Of a stretch of 64,000 bases of DNA, positions 9,378 to 18,750 are shown one piece after another. The stretch lies in assembly GCA_965243025.1 (NCBI GenBank), contig CBDETY010000003.1, forward strand, positions 1,120,001-1,184,000, read 5' to 3'. A model generated the notes under the pieces. It worked only from the letters and a program-made list of their open reading frames with translations, was not told the origin of the DNA and searched no databases. Made by a program: the position numbers and the translations under genes. Position 1 is the first letter of the stretch, and each line of letters begins with the position of its first letter. Source of the stretch: Candidatus Latescibacterota bacterium. Lineage in GTDB: Bacteria; Latescibacterota; UBA2968; UBA8231.

Positions 9378-11037
9378 CCCCTTTCCCTCCGTCAGGGGCG
9401 CTGGCGCGGCGGTCTGGGGGGGCTGGTTCCCCCGGCGGGCCCTGCTTCTGGCTGTCTCCGGTTTCTTCGCGCCGGACCCGGCAACCCCCGCCCCGGCGGT
9501 TTTCACCGATGTCGCCGGGGCCGCCGGCATCTCCTTCCACCACCGCAACGGCGCCGCCGGCGACAAGCACCCTTTCGAAACGATGGGCTCGGGGGCCGTC
9601 TTCTTCGACTACGACGAAGACGGCCTGATCGACCTGTATTTCGTCAACAGCGACGGACCGGCCGCCCTCTACCGCAACGAGGGGAACGGAACCTTCCGCG
9701 ACCGCGCCGAAGCGTCCGGTGTTTCCGACTCGGGGTTCGGACTCGGGTGCGCCGCGGCCGATTACGACGGCGACGGGGCGATCGACCTGTACGTGACGGG
9801 GAACGGTCCCAACATACTGTATCGCGGCGGGGAAACCGGAGGTTTTTCCGCGGTCACCGAAGCCGCCGGGGTCACCGCCCCCGGCCTCAGCACCGGTGCG
9901 GCGTTCGGCGACCACGACCGGGACGGGGACCTCGACCTCTACGTGGCGACCTACGTCGAGTACGACGCGGCAGGTGATTTCCCGGAGTGTTTCCAGGCGA
10001 GGTACAGGGTGTACTGCGGTCCCCAGATGTACCAACCCGGGGCCGACCTGTTCTTTCGCAACGACGGCGACGGGACTTTTACCGACGCCACCGGCGAGGT
10101 CGGGCTGCTGCCGAAAGCCGCCAAGGAGCTCGGCGCCTTTTTCAGCGACTACGACGACGACGGCGACCTCGACCTCTACGTCGCCGGAGACCGCACCCCC
10201 AACCTGCTCTACCGGAACGACAACGGGCGCTTTGTGGAAGTCGGAATCCTGGCCGGAGCGGCGTACAACGACGCCGGAAAACCCCTTGCCGGCATGGGGG
10301 TGACCTCGGGAGATTACGACAACGACGGCCGCTTCGACCTGTTCGTCACCAACTACCAGCGCGAGACCAACAGCCTGTACCACAACCTCGGTTCAGGTTT
10401 TTTTGCCGACGTGACCTTTCAGCAGGGATTGGGTGTTCCCAGCCTCGGTTTCATGGGCTGGGGGACCATGTTCCTCGACTACGACAACGACGGCGACCGG
10501 GACCTCTTCGTCGCCAACGGCCACCTCGACCCGAACATCAGCCTGTTCGACGACGTCGACTACCCGCAGCAGAACCAGCTGTTCAGGAACGACGGGGAGG
10601 ACCGCTTCTCGGACGTATCGGACGAATCCGGGCCGGGGATGAAGCCGGCTCATGTGAGCCGGGGCGCGGCCAGGGGGGATTACGACAACGACGGGGACCT
10701 CGACATTGCGGTGGCCAACAACGGAGAGCCGGCCAACCTGTTGCGCAACGACGGCGGCAACCGCGGCAACTGGCTGCAACTGCACCTGAAAGGGGGAGGG
10801 GCCAACAGCAGCGCCATAGGGGCCAAGGTGACCGTCAAGTCCGGAAGCCTCGTCCAGGTGGACGAGGTGCGTTCCGGCTCGAGCTACCTGTGCCAGAACG
10901 ACTTGCGGCTCTTCTTCGGACTGGGGGACCGCGAGCTCGTCGACCGGGTGGAGATCCGGTGGCCCCTGGGGCGGAAGCAGACCCTGACAGGACTCGCCGC
11001 CAACCAGATCCTCGCCGTCGAAGAGCCGGCTGACTGA
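9373..11037 (+). CDS. CRTAC1/ASPIC-UnbV family FG-GAP repeat protein (start uncertain; first ATG at 9583)
   Basis: Repeated DYDNDGDLDLYV motifs and the ASPIC/UnbV tail (SGSSYLCQND...FGLG). The family-like FTDVAGAAGI segment lies upstream of the first ATG in the same frame. Confidence 0.85.
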   Translation: MSPFPSVRGAGAAVWGGWFPRRALLLAVSGFFAPDPATPAPAVFTDVAGAAGISFHHRNGAAGDKHPFETMGSGAVFFDYDEDGLIDLYFVNSDGPAALYRNEGNGTFRDRAEASGVSDSGFGLGCAAADYDGDGAIDLYVTGNGPNILYRGGETGGFSAVTEAAGVTAPGLSTGAAFGDHDRDGDLDLYVATYVEYDAAGDFPECFQARYRVYCGPQMYQPGADLFFRNDGDGTFTDATGEVGLLPKAAKELGAFFSDYDDDGDLDLYVAGDRTPNLLYRNDNGRFVEVGILAGAAYNDAGKPLAGMGVTSGDYDNDGRFDLFVTNYQRETNSLYHNLGSGFFADVTFQQGLGVPSLGFMGWGTMFLDYDNDGDRDLFVANGHLDPNISLFDDVDYPQQNQLFRNDGEDRFSDVSDESGPGMKPAHVSRGAARGDYDNDGDLDIAVANNGEPANLLRNDGGNRGNWLQLHLKGGGANSSAIGAKVTVKSGSLVQVDEVRSGSSYLCQNDLRLFFGLGDRELVDRVEIRWPLGRKQTLTGLAANQILAVEEPAD

Positions 11038-11124
11038 CAGTGTCCCGGCCTGCCTCCGGCGGGGGATTCCCTCCGCCTCGGCTGGGAATTTGCGGAAACC
11101 CTCGGGGCGGGTCGGGAAAGGAGC

Positions 11125-12357
11125 TCAGGTTTTTTTCAGGGCGGCGTCGATTTCGTCCTGGTAGGTGCTGAGCTCGCCGCTCTCCACCTCGCTCATCTTC
11201 ACAGTGCGGCCCGCGACGGAGGACTCGAAGACCGCGTAGAGCGCGGCGACGTCCTTCATCCCCTCGACGCCGTCGACCTCGAGCTCGCGCCCGTTGAGGA
11301 TCGCTTCTCCGAGTTCGTAGTACTCCAGGGCCAGCAGCCTGAAGTCGATGTTCCCCCCGGCCAGCTTGTCGGGGAAGAAGTGGGCGGCCAGGGGCTCGAG
11401 CTCCAGCCCCGTGGCCGAGGCCATGAGCTCTTCGTAGGCGACTTCCTCCTCGCCGGTCCTGACCAGGCTGGTGCTTCCCCCCCGGGTTCCGAAGCCGCGC
11501 AGGGCCCCCTCGTCGCCGAAGATCATCTCGCCGCCGCAGCCCCCGTGCCCGCCGATGCCGACCATCCAGCTGACGAAAGCCCGGCTTTCCAGGCGCATGC
11601 TGGCGATGGAGACGTCCTCGGCAGTGGCCGGGTACTGGTCCGCCATTTCCTCGAGGCGCTTGCGGTAGAACTCGTTGTCGACCCCGATCCCCTCCGGTTT
11701 CCTTCTGACAGGTTCGACGAGGCGCACGTCCCCGTAGACCTCGTCGATGTCGCCGAGCTGGTAGCGGATCAGGTCGGTGAAGTGCACGCCGACGTCGAGA
11801 ACCATGCCGCCGCGGTCTTTCAGGTGGCGCCACGGGGTGATGAACACCCTGTCCCCTCCGCTCAGGTGGTGGAAGGTGGCCATGTACGGAGTGCCGATCC
11901 TGCCCTGCCGCAGCAGGTGGTTGACCAGGCGCGCCGAGGGGTCGCGGCGGAAGTTCTCGGCGACCGACAGCAGGCGGCCGTTGCGTTCGGCCGCTTCCAT
12001 CATCGCCAGGCAGCCTTTGACGGTGATCGCCATCGGCTTTTCCACCATGACGTGGAGGCCGAGGTCGAGGGCCTGGCACACCACCTCTTCGTGAAAGCAG
12101 GGATCGACGACGACGTCGACCGCCCGCAGGCCGGGCAGTGCCGCGGCCATCTCTTCGACCGCGGTGAAGACGGGAGGCCTTGACCCCGTCATCCGTTCGA
12201 CCTGGGCGGCCGCCATCTCGGCGTTTTCCCGGTTGACGTCGCACAACCCCGCCAGCTCGATGTTGGCGAAAGGTGTGCCCAACAGCTCGTTCAACCCGCT
12301 CAGGTGGCGGCCGCCCATGCCGCCGCACCCGATCACCGCCAGCTCGACTTTTTCCAC
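11125..12357 (-). CDS. Gfo/Idh/MocA family oxidoreductase
   Basis: IGCGGMG Rossmann motif, VEKPMA, DVGVHFTD. Confidence 0.9.
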   Translation of the reverse strand: MEKVELAVIGCGGMGGRHLSGLNELLGTPFANIELAGLCDVNRENAEMAAAQVERMTGSRPPVFTAVEEMAAALPGLRAVDVVVDPCFHEEVVCQALDLGLHVMVEKPMAITVKGCLAMMEAAERNGRLLSVAENFRRDPSARLVNHLLRQGRIGTPYMATFHHLSGGDRVFITPWRHLKDRGGMVLDVGVHFTDLIRYQLGDIDEVYGDVRLVEPVRRKPEGIGVDNEFYRKRLEEMADQYPATAEDVSIASMRLESRAFVSWMVGIGGHGGCGGEMIFGDEGALRGFGTRGGSTSLVRTGEEEVAYEELMASATGLELEPLAAHFFPDKLAGGNIDFRLLALEYYELGEAILNGRELEVDGVEGMKDVAALYAVFESSVAGRTVKMSEVESGELSTYQDEIDAALKKT

Positions 12358-12509
12358 CGCGAATGCCTCCTGTAATCCCTGTCCTGGATCAGTCCGGCTC
12401 GAAGATCAAGGCTCCCGCCGGCAGTAAGCCTGCATTTTCAGGTCCGGAACCGGACCGCGAACTCCCTCAGGCGTGAGAGGTTCGGCCGCCGCCCTGGCGA
12501 CCTTCAGCA

Positions 12510-13376
12510 CTACACGAGCTCCCTTACTCCGACTCCCTGCTCGAGCTCGGCGACGCTGGCGAAGGCCACCAGGACGCTGGAGACCGCCCGGTTGTCGAGG
12601 ACCCACGAGATCGCCCTCTCGGTCGGGGGCACGACTTCCCCGGGCCCGGCCAGCTCGTGCCAGGGTCCCGAGACGATGGGATATACCAGGGGCAGCTCCT
12701 CGCGGATCCCCTCGCCCCGGGGCGACAGCTCGATCACCCTGGACTCGTCGGCATTCTCCCAGTCGGTGGCCGCCTTGTCCTCCCAGCTGATCCACTGGCC
12801 CCCGAGGGACTTCATGATCAGCACCCCCGTCCCGGCCTCCAAGGACTTCCTCAGCCCCGGCTCCTGCCAGCGGCAGACGTAGTTGTAGACCACCAGGTCG
12901 GCGTCGGCATCCGGGTCGGGGCCGCTGGCGGCGTACTCCTGCTGGGCTTTCAGGTAATGCCGGATCAGGCACAGGGAACGCACCTTACCAGCCTGTTTCA
13001 GCTTCTGTATGCACTCGGCCAGTCCGGGAACCTCCCGGTAGTCGGGATGGTGGACGCGCAGGACGTCGATCCGGTCCCGCCGGATGTTTGCCAGGTGCCT
13101 GTCGACGATGATTTCGAGCTGGTCGGCCGGGGGCCCCCCCACCTTCAGCGAGAAGTGGTGGTCTCCGCCCGGTCCCTTCAACTCGTCCGGGATGTGCACC
13201 TCGTCGCCGTACCCCATGTCGAACAGGTTGACGCCGAGCTCCCTGGCGCGGAGGTAGATGGCCCGCTTCTCTCCGGGGGGCGGATGCCCGGAGAACCCCT
13301 CGTAGTGCGCCAGCAACCCGCCGAGGGCGATGGTGCTCAGCTCCATGTCGGTCTTCCCGAACCGGCGGTATTCCAT
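12510..13376 (-). CDS. Aldo/keto reductase family protein
   Basis: MEYRRFGKTDMELSTIALG start, GVNLFD, IDVLRVH. Confidence 0.8.
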   Translation of the reverse strand: MEYRRFGKTDMELSTIALGGLLAHYEGFSGHPPPGEKRAIYLRARELGVNLFDMGYGDEVHIPDELKGPGGDHHFSLKVGGPPADQLEIIVDRHLANIRRDRIDVLRVHHPDYREVPGLAECIQKLKQAGKVRSLCLIRHYLKAQQEYAASGPDPDADADLVVYNYVCRWQEPGLRKSLEAGTGVLIMKSLGGQWISWEDKAATDWENADESRVIELSPRGEGIREELPLVYPIVSGPWHELAGPGEVVPPTERAISWVLDNRAVSSVLVAFASVAELEQGVGVRELV

Positions 13377-13430
13377 CCTGCCTGCCTTTTTCGTAACGGT
13401 GGTCGAACCGGCGTCAAATGTAGCCACCGG

Positions 13431-15062
13431 TCAATGCCGCGCCAGCCGGTCGCGGGCCCGTCGTACGGCTTCGAGCTCCTGGTCGGCGCCGTTCCAGCGC
13501 TCGAGGAACGCGCGGTAGGCCCGGGCTGCCCGCTCCTGGTCCTCGCCCCGGTCCAGGGCCTGCGCGAGTCCGTAAAGCGCAAACCCGCTGTGCGGCCGTT
13601 TTGTCAGCACCGCCTCGAACAGCTCGGCTGCCTGTTCCCGGTTCCCGGCCTCGAGGTGCGCCTGCGCGAGACTCTCGAGAACCGGCCGCGCGTACAGGGG
13701 CGGCTCGTCGTAGCCAAGGGCTTCCAGGCTGTCGGCGGCCGCCCCCAGAGTCCGGAAGGAGAGATCGTACTCCCCCCGGGCCCGTTGGATGTTCCCCTTC
13801 AGGTCCAGCCTGGCGACGTTGAGCAGGCGCCGGCGGCGGGGAGTGTCGTAGGCGTCATTCCCGGCGCCCGGTCCCGGTTCGTCCGGCGCGGGAAACTGAC
13901 TGAGCCGCTTCTCGGCCGCGGCGACGTCCCCCTCGCCGAGGTGGGCCATCCCGAGGGAGAATGCCTCCATGGCGCGCGCGTACTCCCCGGCGAACGTATC
14001 CCTCACGGTGTCGTTGGCGGCAATCGCGGCCAGCTCGCTCGCCGCCCGCGGCCAGGAACCGAAGCGCATGTGCAGCCGCGGAAGGGCCATTCTGCCCTGG
14101 TAGAAGAAGAAGGGGCGCCGCGGCACCAGGGGAACCTCCTCGAAGCGCCGGGCCCATTCCAGGCCCTCGCGGTAGCGGCCCTCCTCGGCGCAGTTCGCCA
14201 GCAGGTAGTTGAGGTTGTGGACGTAGTTCCAGACCCTGGATACGTGCACCCGCTGGTCGGCCATGTAGGTCGAGTCGACCCGCATCGAAGCGATGAAGGA
14301 CCGGCGCGCCTTTTCGTACTCCCCCAGCCGGTAGTAGACGTGGCCGGGCATGTGGACCAGGTGCCCGGCCGCCCACACCAGCTTCTCCAGCACGGGCACG
14401 CTGGCGAGGCCCCGCTCCGGGTATTCCGCCTCGACGAGGTGGACGTAGTAGTGGTGGGGGGCGAAGTGCTCCGGGTGGGATTCCATCAGGCGGAGAAGCA
14501 TCTGCTCCAGGTCGGGCTCGCCGGGGAACCGCGGGCGCTCGAAGTCGAAACCCGGCATGAGGAAGCGGGCGAGAAACAGGACCGCTTCCACGTCGTCCGG
14601 GAATTCCCAGGCAAGCCTCTGCATCTCGCGCACGAAACCTGCACGGCGCCGCTCGGGCGGCTCGGTTTCCAGCAGGGTCGCGGCCCGGATATACCCCCGC
14701 TCGCGGGGCGTGACGGTCGCGATCAGGTCCTGGGCGCGGCGCAGGGCGCGGTGGCGCGCGGGCCGGTCGCTGTTGTGGCGCACCAGCGACTGGTACATCC
14801 CCCAGTACGCCATGGCGCAGGTGCTGTCGAGCCTGGCGGCCTCGCGGAACGAGCGCCAGGCCTCGTAGTACCAGAATCCGTGGATCATGCAGATCCCCTG
14901 GTTGACGAAGGCCTGGGCGCGCTCGGAAGTGGTGGTCACCGGGAAGGAGCAGTCCCCCACTCCCTCGAGCAGCAGGGGGCGCCCCTCGGGGGGCTCGTCC
15001 TCCGCAGATTCACCCCCGCAGCCGGCCCAGGAGAGCAGGAGGGCCAGCAACCCGGGGATCAT
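13431..15062 (-). CDS. TPR-containing lipoprotein (HYYVH / HMPGHVY family)
   Basis: Lipobox WAGC; AQAFVNQGI...HGFWYYEA, APHHYYVHLVE and GHLVHMPGHVY motifs; TPR-like helices. Confidence 0.8.
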   Translation of the reverse strand: MIPGLLALLLSWAGCGGESAEDEPPEGRPLLLEGVGDCSFPVTTTSERAQAFVNQGICMIHGFWYYEAWRSFREAARLDSTCAMAYWGMYQSLVRHNSDRPARHRALRRAQDLIATVTPRERGYIRAATLLETEPPERRRAGFVREMQRLAWEFPDDVEAVLFLARFLMPGFDFERPRFPGEPDLEQMLLRLMESHPEHFAPHHYYVHLVEAEYPERGLASVPVLEKLVWAAGHLVHMPGHVYYRLGEYEKARRSFIASMRVDSTYMADQRVHVSRVWNYVHNLNYLLANCAEEGRYREGLEWARRFEEVPLVPRRPFFFYQGRMALPRLHMRFGSWPRAASELAAIAANDTVRDTFAGEYARAMEAFSLGMAHLGEGDVAAAEKRLSQFPAPDEPGPGAGNDAYDTPRRRRLLNVARLDLKGNIQRARGEYDLSFRTLGAAADSLEALGYDEPPLYARPVLESLAQAHLEAGNREQAAELFEAVLTKRPHSGFALYGLAQALDRGEDQERAARAYRAFLERWNGADQELEAVRRARDRLARH

Positions 15063-15082
15063 GAGGACAGGGGGTGGCGGCC

Positions 15083-16999
15083 TCACAGTTCGGGGGGAAC
15101 CTCCCAGGCGCCGTCGAAGCCGCCGGCGCCCTCGATGCGGAAGCGGTTCCCGGCGAAATCGAATTCGGCCTCGATGCCGTTGGCGAACCCGGTGCGCTGC
15201 CGGGAGCCCTCCCTGTCGAGGAACTGGTGCGACACCATCTCCGCAAAGGCGACGGTCCGGTGAAATGCGCTCCAGCGGACGAGCCACTGCTGCTTGGCGC
15301 GCTGCTGTTCGCTTCCCCAGTTGACCATCGGCACGACGGGGTAGGGGAGCCAGTTGTACGACGGGGCGGAGGCGAACAACAGCTCGTAGAGACGCGGGGT
15401 GCGGTCCTTCCACCAGTCGTAGCCGCTGGCGTAGGCGCTGTACCCGCCCCCGGAAAAGCCGGCCATGAAGCAGTCGTTGAAGACGAGCTGAAACAGCGGC
15501 ACCGGCAGGCCGGCGGGGGCGGCGCAGCCCCGGGTGGGCTCGTTCGACAGCCGGTCGCTCGCCCAGTCGGTGAAGAAGAAGAAATCGCACTCTCCGACCG
15601 CCCAGAAACGGGCGAGCTCGGCGCCGGGAACGAGACCGCGGCGCCGGGTCTCGGCGAAACAGGCGGTTTCCGCCTCGAGGTTGTCTCGCCTCGTCATCCG
15701 GTGCGAGGGAGAGTAGTCCTCGGGCAGACCACCATGAGCGGCGAAGCCGTCGTAGTACATCGCGTCCAGCCCGAGGCCGTGGTGCTCCAGGGAGTCGAAG
15801 ATCATTCCCATGCGCTCGGCCGCGTCCCAGCCGCTCAGCAGCCGGCCCTGTCCGCCCTCGCGGTCGAGGGGGTACCGTTCGGGGTCGTACGCGAACCCTT
15901 CCGGAACCTGCATTCCCGGATTCACGAACCCCTGTATCAGGCAGCCGAGGTCGTGAAGCCGGCGCTCCAGCCGCACCAGGGTGCCCCAGCCGCCCGGGAC
16001 CGGATCGGGATGCAGGTAGGCCTGCCAGCCGGCGGTGCAGGTGGTCGGAGTTCCCTCCTCGGGGGAGTACCCGGCGGGCGACCACTTGGGAAAGAAGAAG
16101 TTGATGCCGATTCCGTCGCCGCGGAGGCGCTGCACGTCCCCGAGAACGGCCTTTCCGTCGTCGGGGTTCCAGGCAGGCCAGCGGTAGAGGACGTTGCCGG
16201 CGTAGCCGCGAACCGCCGGGGTCTGTTCCGCCTTTTCCGCGAGCGGGTGCACCAGACCGCCGGCGGAAGCGCGGCTGCGGTACCACTTCGCCATGCCGAC
16301 GTAGTCCGTATCCTCGGCGAACCGAAGCAGCAGCCGGCGCGGGTACGCGAGCCGGCCGAGGCTGGCCTCCCAGTTGAAGCTGAGCGCCGAGAATTCACCC
16401 GGAGCGTGATCGGCGGTTGCGTCGCAGTCCCACCAGGTCTCGACGAGGGCGCAGAGCGACCGGTCGCCGGCGGCGAGCGCGAACAGCGGCAGGGCCCAGC
16501 GGGCCCCCACGAAACCGCCCGGTGGAGCCGCCCCAGGCAGCTCGTCCGGGCAGTCGGCCGGTATCAGGTACCCCGATCCGTGGGGCAGCAGCATCCAGCC
16601 GCCGAGCCCGACCGGCTTCTCGATCCGGTAGAGGTCGCGCACGGCGCTGACCGTGTCCGACCCGCCGAGCTGCTCCACCTGCACCAGGAGCTCGCCGGCG
16701 TCCCCGTCGATGCCGAGGAACAGGCCGACGGCCACGTCGGCTCCTTCGTACCCCCCCAGGCGCAGCCGCTGTCCCCGGAAGCGCCCTTCTTCCCATGGTT
16801 CGGCGGAAACGTGTGCAGCAGCGGCGAGGGGGGACTCGGAGGGGCCGCTACCGGTCCCGGCAATCAGTCGGGGTGGCCGCCGGTGGGAGCTCTCCCACAG
16901 CCGCCGTCCGTCGGCCCCGTGGACCGTGATCCGCAACTCGTCGTCGAGGCCGACGCGAATGCGGCTTCCTGTCAGGGTGATTTCAACCGACATGGGCAT
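15083..16999 (-). CDS. Hypothetical protein, possibly a glycoside-hydrolase-like TIM barrel (DUF5696/GH129-like)
   Basis: 638 aa, Trp/Tyr-rich, AMYYDG and PVPLFQLVFND segments. Family assignment is tentative. Confidence 0.6.
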   Translation of the reverse strand: MPMSVEITLTGSRIRVGLDDELRITVHGADGRRLWESSHRRPPRLIAGTGSGPSESPLAAAAHVSAEPWEEGRFRGQRLRLGGYEGADVAVGLFLGIDGDAGELLVQVEQLGGSDTVSAVRDLYRIEKPVGLGGWMLLPHGSGYLIPADCPDELPGAAPPGGFVGARWALPLFALAAGDRSLCALVETWWDCDATADHAPGEFSALSFNWEASLGRLAYPRRLLLRFAEDTDYVGMAKWYRSRASAGGLVHPLAEKAEQTPAVRGYAGNVLYRWPAWNPDDGKAVLGDVQRLRGDGIGINFFFPKWSPAGYSPEEGTPTTCTAGWQAYLHPDPVPGGWGTLVRLERRLHDLGCLIQGFVNPGMQVPEGFAYDPERYPLDREGGQGRLLSGWDAAERMGMIFDSLEHHGLGLDAMYYDGFAAHGGLPEDYSPSHRMTRRDNLEAETACFAETRRRGLVPGAELARFWAVGECDFFFFTDWASDRLSNEPTRGCAAPAGLPVPLFQLVFNDCFMAGFSGGGYSAYASGYDWWKDRTPRLYELLFASAPSYNWLPYPVVPMVNWGSEQQRAKQQWLVRWSAFHRTVAFAEMVSHQFLDREGSRQRTGFANGIEAEFDFAGNRFRIEGAGGFDGAWEVPPEL

Positions 17000-17091
17000 G
17001 ATCTCGAAAGTCGGGGCTTTCGCCCGGATCCTGCTCCGGGCAGTCCCCTGCAGGCAAGTTGCGGTTTCATCATCAAGACTGCGCCCCCTAA

Positions 17092-17250
17092 CAGCCCGTT
17101 GAAAAAGTCCATCCGGGCTGCGGCCGGCCCTGGCGGTCGAATCCGGCGTTGCGCTCCTTCCCCGAATCCCTCGATTCGACTCGGTCGCGCGCCTTGTCTT
17201 CGACCGCCATGACTCGGCCTCCCCTGCAGAGCAACTTTATCAACGGGCTG
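17092..17250. mobile_element. MITE (159 bp) with IS1182/IS5-like terminal inverted repeats
   Basis: Left end CAGCCCGTTGAAAAAGT matches the reverse complement of the right end, CAGCCCGTTGATAAAGT (16/17). Flanks CTAA/CCAA. Internal dyad GGCGGTCGAA...TTCGACCGCC. Confidence 0.75.
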
Positions 17251-17375
17251 CCAAGGGCTTTTCGCCGTTTTTTTCTTCCGGATCATTTTCCTGTCTTGAT
17301 TCCGCGTCGAATATCCGGCCTGTGTCGACGTGATCTGCCCTTGGCCGGCGGGAGAGAACCACATCGGGCAAAGTG

Positions 17376-18650
17376 TCATGGTCTCAGGGAGGCGACAGGT
17401 ATGACGGATACTCCGTCGTCGCGAAGGTATCCAATTCCGGAACTCACGATAACCCCGAGGGTTTTCGGCGCCCCGGTTTTTTCCGGGTCAACACGGTCTC
17501 TGAATTTCACGAGGGTCGAAGCCGCCGCGTCGATCTGCCCTCCCCCCAATTTGATTTCGAAGGCGCACCAGTCTCCCTGGCGGTTTTCCACTACCGCATC
17601 CACTTCGAGACCTGTGCTGTCCCGGTAGTGATACACCGCCGCGTCACATGCCCGGGCATACACGGAGAGTTCGCGGTGGGCCAGCGACTCGAACAGCAGA
17701 CCGAAGACCTCCAGATCGGCAAACAGCCGCTCGGGAGTCGCGCCGAGAGCGGCCGCGGCCAGGGACGGGTCGACGAAATGTCGCTTGGGCGCGCGACGGA
17801 GCAGCGACCTGGAGCGCAGATGGGGCGACCAGGCCGGCTGCTCCTCGTAGACCATCAACCGGCGCAAGGCGTCGAGGTACCCGCGCACTGTGTCGGCGTC
17901 GAGGGGGCCGCCGTCGCCGCCGGCATCCGCGGCGATGGTTCGGGCGCTGACCGGGGTCGCCAGGTTTCGGGCAAGCGAGCGCAGCACCCTGCCGACGTTC
18001 TCCGGGTCGCGCCGGACTCCATCGGGGCGGGAGATGTCGACGCGCCGGATCTCTTCGAGGTAGTCGATGCGGGCCCCCCGGCATGCGGCATCCGAAAGCC
18101 CCAGGTCACCAGGCCAGCCGCCTCGGCAGAGATGTACCGCAACCTCCTGCAGAGTCAGGCCGGGGTCCAGGCAGCTATCGAAATGGCCGGACAGCAGGTT
18201 CCGCAGGGAGACCTCGCCGGTCGATATTCCGGTCTCCAGCAGAGTCATTGTGCGCAACCGGAGCCGGGAGATGCGTCCCGCCCCGGTATGGCGGGTGATG
18301 TCGTCGGCCGGAGCTGCCGAACCGGTCAGGATGAACTGCCCGCGGTCCGTTCTCCTGTCGACGGCCCGTCGAACGTGGTTCCACAGCAGCGGCTCGACCT
18401 GCCATTCGTCGATCAGCCGCGGCCTTTCTCCCGCCAATACCAGGGAGGGGTCAACCGCCGCGGCGTGGCGGGCGTTCTCGTCGACGTCAAGCAACACCTC
18501 GCTTGCCGCTACCTGGCGGGCCATGGCGGTCTTGCCGCAGGCCCTGGGACCCTCGATCAGAACCGCTCCGGCGGACTCCAGTCGACTAACCAACTCCCGG
18601 TCGCCGATGCGTGGGATATAAGCGTCCACCACGGTCGCGCAGCCCTCCAT
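17376..18650 (-). CDS. AAA+ ATPase (AAA_14) with DUF4143 and C-terminal PD-(D/E)xK-like domain
   Basis: Walker A GPRACGKT, Walker B LIDEWQ, ILTGS, KRHFVDPSL, LFESL, YRDSTGLEVDAVV...FEIK. Confidence 0.9.
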   Translation of the reverse strand: MEGCATVVDAYIPRIGDRELVSRLESAGAVLIEGPRACGKTAMARQVAASEVLLDVDENARHAAAVDPSLVLAGERPRLIDEWQVEPLLWNHVRRAVDRRTDRGQFILTGSAAPADDITRHTGAGRISRLRLRTMTLLETGISTGEVSLRNLLSGHFDSCLDPGLTLQEVAVHLCRGGWPGDLGLSDAACRGARIDYLEEIRRVDISRPDGVRRDPENVGRVLRSLARNLATPVSARTIAADAGGDGGPLDADTVRGYLDALRRLMVYEEQPAWSPHLRSRSLLRRAPKRHFVDPSLAAAALGATPERLFADLEVFGLLFESLAHRELSVYARACDAAVYHYRDSTGLEVDAVVENRQGDWCAFEIKLGGGQIDAAASTLVKFRDRVDPEKTGAPKTLGVIVSSGIGYLRDDGVSVIPVASLRP

Positions 18651-18660
18651 TTGCAAGGGT

Positions 18661-18750
18661 CAACCGGCCAAATGCAAGAAATAAAACCGGCCAAATATAA
18701 GAAATACAACCGGCCAAATGAAAGAAATACAACCTGTCGAATGAAACCCA
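18661..18750. repeat. AT-rich 23-bp tandem direct repeat (three good copies plus one degenerate)
   Basis: CAACCGGCCAAATGCAAGAAATA / AAACCGGCCAAATATAAGAAATA / CAACCGGCCAAATGAAAGAAATA / CAACCTGTCGAATGAAACCCA. Confidence 0.9.

Noticed and set aside
18661-18750. Possible mini-CRISPR array
   Set aside because: The units are head-to-tail with no unique spacers, and no cas genes are present in the window.
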